DNA of 64,000 nt from an uncultured Candidatus Marinamargulisbacteria bacterium. Lineage in GTDB: Bacteria; Margulisbacteria; Riflemargulisbacteria; GWF2-35-9; DYQY01. Under the pieces are notes generated by a model. The model ran no database searches, was not told the origin of the DNA, and saw nothing but the letters and a program-made list of their open reading frames with translations. Where the stretch lies: the NCBI GenBank assembly GCA_964643725.1, contig CAZXTL010000004.1, forward strand, positions 27,874-91,873, read 5' to 3'. A program made the position numbers and the translations under genes. Positions 57,801 through 64,000 of this stretch are shown piece by piece; position 1 is the first letter of the stretch, and each line of letters starts with the position of its first letter.

Positions 57801-60800
57801 TTAACTATAAGTGATTCTTCTGGAGTAGTTTCATCTGCTGGTTTTTCTTATATGAATGTAGGAGTTATGACTGATACTGGAGATAAAGTCCTTAAGGAGT
57901 TAGAAAGATTAGGATATGTTAAGAAAACCGTTAGAGGTTATGAAATGATGGATAAATTTCGGCAAGACCTAGCTGAAGAGAAATTCAACGTAAATTCTTT
58001 GTTAGAAACGATTTATGGGGACATGATAGTGTCTGTATTGGATGCTAATAAATGGGTATGCACTATGCCAAAGTTATTAGAGAAGTTTACTTCTGAAGAG
58101 ATAAATAAATTAATAGAAATGGGATATATAAGTAAAACTGGAGCTACAGTATCTAGCATCGAAGGAAAAGCAATATTTGTTCCTCAATACATTTTTAATC
58201 AAAAGCTTTTTGCTAATAGGTTGATTGAGGCGAAAGTTATTACTGATATTACTGAGTCCGGTCATAAGATTGATAAAAAAGCATTAGAGGACAATCCAGA
58301 TGTATTTCTTTTGGGAGGAAGCGATTTTAATAATAAGTTTATAGAATTATATGGAGAACTTCAGCAAGGATTAAGTGGTCGGATGGTAAAATATTTATCA
58401 GAAAAATACAATGAGAAAGTTTTTTTACAAGAAACTTCTTCTGTTTGGGCAAGAAGTGTTGAGCAAAAACAATTAGAATCTAAATATGTAGAAGTAGAAC
58501 CAGACAATAAATATGTATACACATATTTAACAGAACAAAGAGCAATGTATAGATATATTGCATATTCAGTTGTTAATTTTGCTAAGGCTGATAGTTTTTT
58601 TAAGGATATTGATGCTCAAACTCTTATGCAATATTTTTCAATGGGGAAAGAAGAGCTTTCTGAAGAGTTGTCGAAAGGTAAATTTGATAAAAGTATTTCT
58701 GAGAAAATAATGTCTTTAAGAAACTTAATGGAAGAGTTATCTTTTGAAGCAGGTAAAGAGTTGGGTAAAATCAAGAGAAGCACCCATGAAGTTGATAAAG
58801 TTTTACAAACAATTAATGATATAATTTTTCAAAAATCCAAAGGTAATATAAGTAATGCTTTAAGTCTTGATGTAATTAAAAGTGATGCGAAACAGCATTA
58901 TTTAAGAGGGAAAATGTTTAAAGAACAGTTTGTCCCTAGGTATCATACTCCCACTGTTGAGCAAATAAAGAAGTTTTTGTCTGAAAAGGTTCCTGCAAAT
59001 GTTTTAGCTACTGAGTCGTATAGTAATATTACTGATGAGAAAGAAATGTTCTCATTTTTAGAAAAACAGTTAGATTCTATCTATGATTTTGGAGAGTATT
59101 TTTCAACAAAACAATTAAAATCCGTTGATACATTTCTTTATGCAGTTGCCAGATTTCACAAAGAAAAAGAACTTTTAGATGGATATAAAGAAAAGGATAA
59201 GCCCATACGAATATACGTTTATTTTAGGCAAGAAATAGAAGATATTAAAAGAACTAATATTGAAGAATTCGCAGGATATGCTCGTCAAATGACTGGTTCT
59301 GATTATGGTGTTGGAATGGGTATAGCTCAATCAGCTGCTTCCTTGTCTGCATTTATGACTACAAATAGAAAAATGCAACAGTTTACCGACAAGATTATGA
59401 GGGGACAAATAACAAAGATGGGGCAACTAGCACCTGAGGTTTTGACTACTACTATATTTAGAGGGAAAGATATTGGGGTTAAACATATTTTTAACGGAAG
59501 AAATCTTGCAGGACATTATATCCCAATGGGTATATCATCTTTAGCTTGTATTGGTGCAGGCCTTGCATTGCAGCTGACATATGAGCAGGAATGGGCTAGA
59601 CCTTATATGGATGTTGTAATGAGAGATACACTAGCTCCTTTTGCTTCAGAGTTTGCCTTTATGTACCCAGTTATGCCAAGTACTTGGGTAACTAAAATAA
59701 TAAAACAACAAGGATATGACATTACAACTTTAGATCATATTGATGAAGGATGGGGTAAAAGATTTGCTTTGTTAGGAATAGATACAGGCTTAGCTGCTGC
59801 TGATTTTTATTTGCTTTCACAGGCAAAGAAAGGTGCAATGAAATTAGGGGTATATCAAAATAATAGTGTTTTTAATCTTACTCCAACACAAAAATTAGCA
59901 TCAGAGACTTTGGATCGAATTTATAAGCAATCAAGCGCTGTTGATTCGAAAGTTGCTTCACCGAGTTTAAAGATATTAACTGACTCACAACAAAAGTTAA
60001 TAAATCAAATGCAAGATGGATTTTGTGAGAAAGCATATGTATTGGAAGACGGAAATACTATTAGATATCGGGTTAAAGGTGGTAAATTTCAAGATATACC
60101 TTTTGAAAAAGCAGAAAAAGCAATTGCCGAATATTCAGAAAAATATGCTACTGCAAGCTTAGATGACATTATTCGTGATGCAGGGCAAGGGATTTTTTTA
60201 GATATTAAGATAACAGGCCCAGATAAGTATAAGATTACACTTGCAAATGGTGTTACCAAGGAATTTACTACTGAAGAGTTAAAGGCTGCCCTTAAGAATA
60301 AGCAAGGTGATTTATCTAATATTTTTTTCAAAAGAGATAAAACTGGAAAAGTAACAGGTATGAATATGAAAGCAATAGGTGCTTTAACTTCTATGTTGGC
60401 TTTAAAAGGAATTATAGTTGCAGCACTTAAGGCAGGCAAGTCTGATTCAGAAATATCTGATGTTTTAAAGGAAGCGATTAGTAGTACTTCACGTGACTTA
60501 GGACAAGTTGCAGCGTTTACAGCTACTGAAACAATCCTTACAAAGCTCGGAGTTAAAGGTGTTTTGCCTGGTTCAGGAATAATAGCTGGAGGAGCTGGAA
60601 AGGCAGCTTTGGTTTCTATTTCAACTGCGACAGTTATTGCAGCTATTATAGTTGAGACAGGTAACTATATATATGAAAATTGGGATGAAATTAAATATGG
60701 AGCTGATGCTAATGATTTCGCAAAGAGTCAAGCAAGATTAGGCATAGCATTCACAGCTGGTAAAGCAGCTGCTACAACCTATGCTGCTCTTTTTGCTGCA

Positions 60801-63764
60801 GGGGCGGCTGCTAGCCTAGGAACTGGAGGAGCTGCTCTTATTGGGATCGCTGCAGCGGTTGCAGTTTATGGGGCAATTGAATTGATACAGTGGGGCTTAT
60901 ATGAGAAAACTGGTTGGAGAGAGTCAGATGATAGAAAAGATATGATAAGTGAATTTTCTTATAGAACTAGTAATAAAACACAATTATCTTTTAGTTATGG
61001 TGTTAATGATGATAGAAAATATAGTAGATCTAGTGGAAGTTCTGTTATTAAAGAAGAGTATCCTGGAGTAAAAATATTAAAGAACTTGTTTAATCAAGTT
61101 TCTGAAGGTGTCAATGTTTGGGCAATTATGAAAGAGTTAAATGTTAGTAAAGTTGATATTGAGGATTTGTATGATTTAGACCCAAATTTATTTATTCAAT
61201 TATATATTAAAGTTCAAGAACTAAAAAAGAGAGGACTGATAAAGGAAGATGCCTTTAGTTCTCCATCAACTATTCAAATAAAGTTAAATAAGATAACTAG
61301 AATAGTAGACGGTTTCGCTGAGTATAAGGTTCTTCTGAATATTAATGGGGTGAAAGATCCCATAGAAGTAACTTATAAACGTCCACTTAAAGGAGATTAT
61401 TCTGATGCTCAGGTAGATGATTCAACTTACAAAGAGATTCTTGCTTCTGGTCAGATTGTTATTAATGGGAATAATGTTGTGAAAAGTATCCCAAAGGGAG
61501 GATGGCTGTATGAAAATTTTCTTTGGGAAAAAGGTGCTCCACAGCAGAGTGGTATTGAGTTTATGTATTATTTGCTAAGAGCTAATGAAAAACATGAAGG
61601 TAAAGATGTTTTGCGTAATAAATTAAAAACATTAGGTGGTGGTGATGAGTTTAGTGCTTTTTTTGATGAAGTAATAAACATTATTGATGGGAATGAAAAA
61701 GAAGGTTTTGTTAGTTTTTTAAGTAAAACTAGTTTTTGGGCTGGAAATTCTGTAAATAAAGATAATTATTTTAAGTTAGTAAATTTTTTGTATTTGATTT
61801 ATGTTTCAGATAAGAAAAAGAATGGCGGTTTATTTGAGAATAAGGATTTAAATTTATATAACGAATCAGATTTTCGTAATGCATTTGTTGAGTTTAATAA
61901 AACTCTAGGGAGTAGAAGAATTGAATCAGCTGAAGACTTGAAGGGATTAACTAAAATGAGTTTTGTTAATTATGTAGAGGAATTATTGAAGATGGAGATG
62001 GGGGCAATAAATACTGAAGATTTCTTTAAAGGACAAATTGTTGTTCTAAATGGGATATTTAATACAAGGGCTCGTTTTTCAAATGCTCAGTCTACTATTT
62101 CCTGCCATACTCCCGTTAATCGTTCTTATGTAAAAGAAACACCTGACCCTCAAATAGCAGGATTGAAGGTGTTGCTTGATAAAGATGATGTTAAGTCCTT
62201 TATGATAGATCATGAATTTATTATTCCATATCCAGGAATAGAAGGTGAATATATGGTAAATCCTAAAAAGTCTAAGGAAGAGTTTAAAGGTCTATTTATG
62301 AAGAGATTTTTTCCGTTAAGTTCTTTTATACCTTTAGAGTTTAGACATGAGTCTCCTGATGAAATGTTAAATTATTTATCACGACTTAAGTCGCCAGAGA
62401 CAGCGCCGAATCATACAAAATATGAGTCTCCATGGTTTGTTCCAGAACAATCATTAAGGGGATTGCGAAGTTCTGAGGACAGTGTATTTTTTGCAAGGGG
62501 ATTAAGGAAGGCATTAGTAGAAGTTGGACTTCTTGATAGTAACTTTTGTATAAAAAGTGACATCGATTACAATAGTGTTGGTGAAGAGTATTTTAGAGAT
62601 AAACTTAAGGGGACAAATTATTCTGAGTTATATAGAAGGATAGCTAATTTTTTTATTAATTATAATAATTTAGTGCCAAATGTGCTAAGGCCAGAGCTTA
62701 ATTCTGAAATAATCAAGTTGTATCTTCCTTCTATTTCAGGCGAAGAAGCAAGGAAATCATATGATTTTTTAGTTAAAGCAGGTGTTTTGGAATTAGTTGT
62801 AGATGGAAATAAAGTTAATCATTATTTTGTTAAAGATATCTCTAAGTTTGATGATGTTGATGTTATGGATGCAGCCGTACTTAAATATAAAAATCAATGG
62901 TATCAATTACTTTTAAGAACTAAAAGAGATGCATTAACAGAACTAGAAGTTTCTTCTATTAATTTACCTTCTTTACAGAATGTATCAAGTTCTTGGCAAT
63001 ATGAAAATATTGAGTATGTTAATCGGTTAGTAGGTTTGTTTGGTAGAGGTCAAACTTCTGTTGCTCCAGAAGTTAATAAAGCAATTAGTGCTGATAAATC
63101 TATAAATGAAGTTACAGAAGTAGTTAAAAATTCATTAGAGGGTAGGAGAACTGCCTTTCAGTCTGGTCAGCAATTCAGATTAGCATATTTTGAGCAAGTA
63201 AGTGCTAAGAATAGAAAAAAAGAAGCTGGAGAAATAACAGGTGGGCTTAGTTCAACAGCAATCATTACAGATTTTCGAAATAATTTAGGAAGACAATATT
63301 ATGGTTCTGATGGGAAAGTTTATTTGACTAAGGTTTTTACAGAATATTTAGACCCGAATCAAAGAAAACGGTTTGCGGATTTACTTGAAAAGACGTACTC
63401 AGTCAAAATGGAATCTTTGACTCAAGAACAGATGATTGCAAAATATATGGAGTATCGACAGAATAGGTTTAGACCGAATATGGGTCAGATTAGAGTGCAG
63501 AGTATTCCTTGGGATAACTTTGAGCAGTATTTGCCTAGCATAATTGACAAGACTGCTTTTTTTGAAAGGTTTTTAGTTGAAGAGAAATATCGAGAATTGG
63601 AGGAGAAGTATGGTGGTGCACTTACAATAGACACTCTTTCCCCAGAGCAAAGAAGTTTATTAGAGGTTTATATGAATACTAATCATAAAGGTCAAAGGCA
63701 AAGTTATAATGGTTTGATAACTCCAGCAATTCTGGAGCAAATTTATCAGGATTTTATTAAATAA
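42852..63764 (+). CDS. Giant protein (~6970 aa) with an embedded SecA-like motor ATPase region. The ORF track starts at TTG 42843, but ATG 42852 with GAGGAG 9 nt upstream is preferred.
   Basis: A 20.9-kb uninterrupted ORF. Residues ~2745-3360 align by eye to SecA NBD1, the PPXD-like segment and NBD2 (see the separate feature). An HEKGH motif lies at 55416-55430. A Gly/Ala-rich hydrophobic segment lies near the C-terminus (nt ~60360-60900). The N-terminus looks beta-rich. Confidence 0.85.
   Translation: [6970 protein letters not shown]
51080..52920 (+). other. SecA-type ATPase motor region (NBD1, PPXD-like insertion, NBD2) embedded in giant ORF8
   Basis: [45 protein letters not shown] aligns to SecA ...[41 protein letters not shown] (Walker A). 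[13 protein letters not shown] aligns to [31 protein letters not shown] aligns to [41 protein letters not shown] aligns to [23 protein letters not shown] (DEAD/Walker B). [35 protein letters not shown] aligns to [53 protein letters not shown] aligns to [39 protein letters not shown] aligns to LRGRSGRQGDAGSSRFYLS (motif VI region). Confidence 0.7.
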
Positions 63765-63908
63765 GTGGGAATTATTTAGTTTCCTTTCGATATATTAATG
63801 AGTTAAATAAATTTATAATATAGGAAAGGGGCGTGGTCGCTCTAAATATTAGCGGAAAAAGTAAAAGTAAAATAGTAATAAAAATATAATAAAATAAAGG
63901 AGATTAAC

Positions 63909-64000
63909 ATGAGTGGTGGAATGGCAATTAGAGAGACACAGGCAGGACAACAACTAGGACAAGGAGTAAATGGAGCAGGACCAAAGGCAAACGGTCCAGT
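63909..64000 (+). CDS. 5' end of a further ORF (MSGGMAIRETQAGQQLGQGVNGAGPKANGP...) that runs off the window edge
   Basis: ATG at 63909 with AGGAG 6 nt upstream. The frame is open to the window end and has a Gly/Gln-rich low-complexity start. Confidence 0.3.
   Translation, partial: MSGGMAIRETQAGQQLGQGVNGAGPKANGP

Overview
This is AT-rich bacterial DNA, roughly one-third G+C by eye. It uses the standard genetic code (TGA serves as a stop), and AGGAG-type ribosome-binding sites precede many starts. About three quarters of the window is two plus-strand clusters of giant ORFs: ORF4, ORF5 and ORF6 (~2855, 2255 and 2949 aa, 4612..28823), then ORF7 and ORF8 (1147 and ~6970 aa, 39239..63764). Between them is a minus-strand housekeeping block with recognisable synteny: hom, a four-helix-bundle protein gene, a GH57 glycoside hydrolase, tgt, secD, secF and uppP. 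A small accessory patch follows, holding a calpain-like cysteine peptidase and a DUF559 endonuclease-domain gene. At the 5' end are a radical-SAM protein, a PNP/MTA-nucleosidase-like protein and a hypothetical protein. The main novelty is that ORF8 (~7 kaa) carries a complete SecA-type motor ATPase region (NBD1, PPXD-like segment, NBD2) embedded about 2,770 residues from its N-terminus. ORF4 ends in a multi-pass hydrophobic region and ORF8 in a Gly/Ala-rich hydrophobic segment. ORF6 has a ~350-residue coiled coil, and stop and start codons overlap between ORF5 and ORF6. Smaller oddities include a four-helix-bundle gene bracketed by complementary GTTCATTGGTTCA-type inverted repeats, an arrangement resembling an rRNA intervening sequence. 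An ~85-nt hairpin-containing element (GGTGGCGA...TTACGCCGGG) occurs in three copies, two of them flanking the DUF559 gene, and the stems co-vary between copies. A perfect (AATAGTG)x8-9 heptamer tandem repeat sits immediately upstream of ORF7. No rRNA, tRNA or CRISPR array was seen. No database searches were run, so every functional call rests on motifs read by eye.
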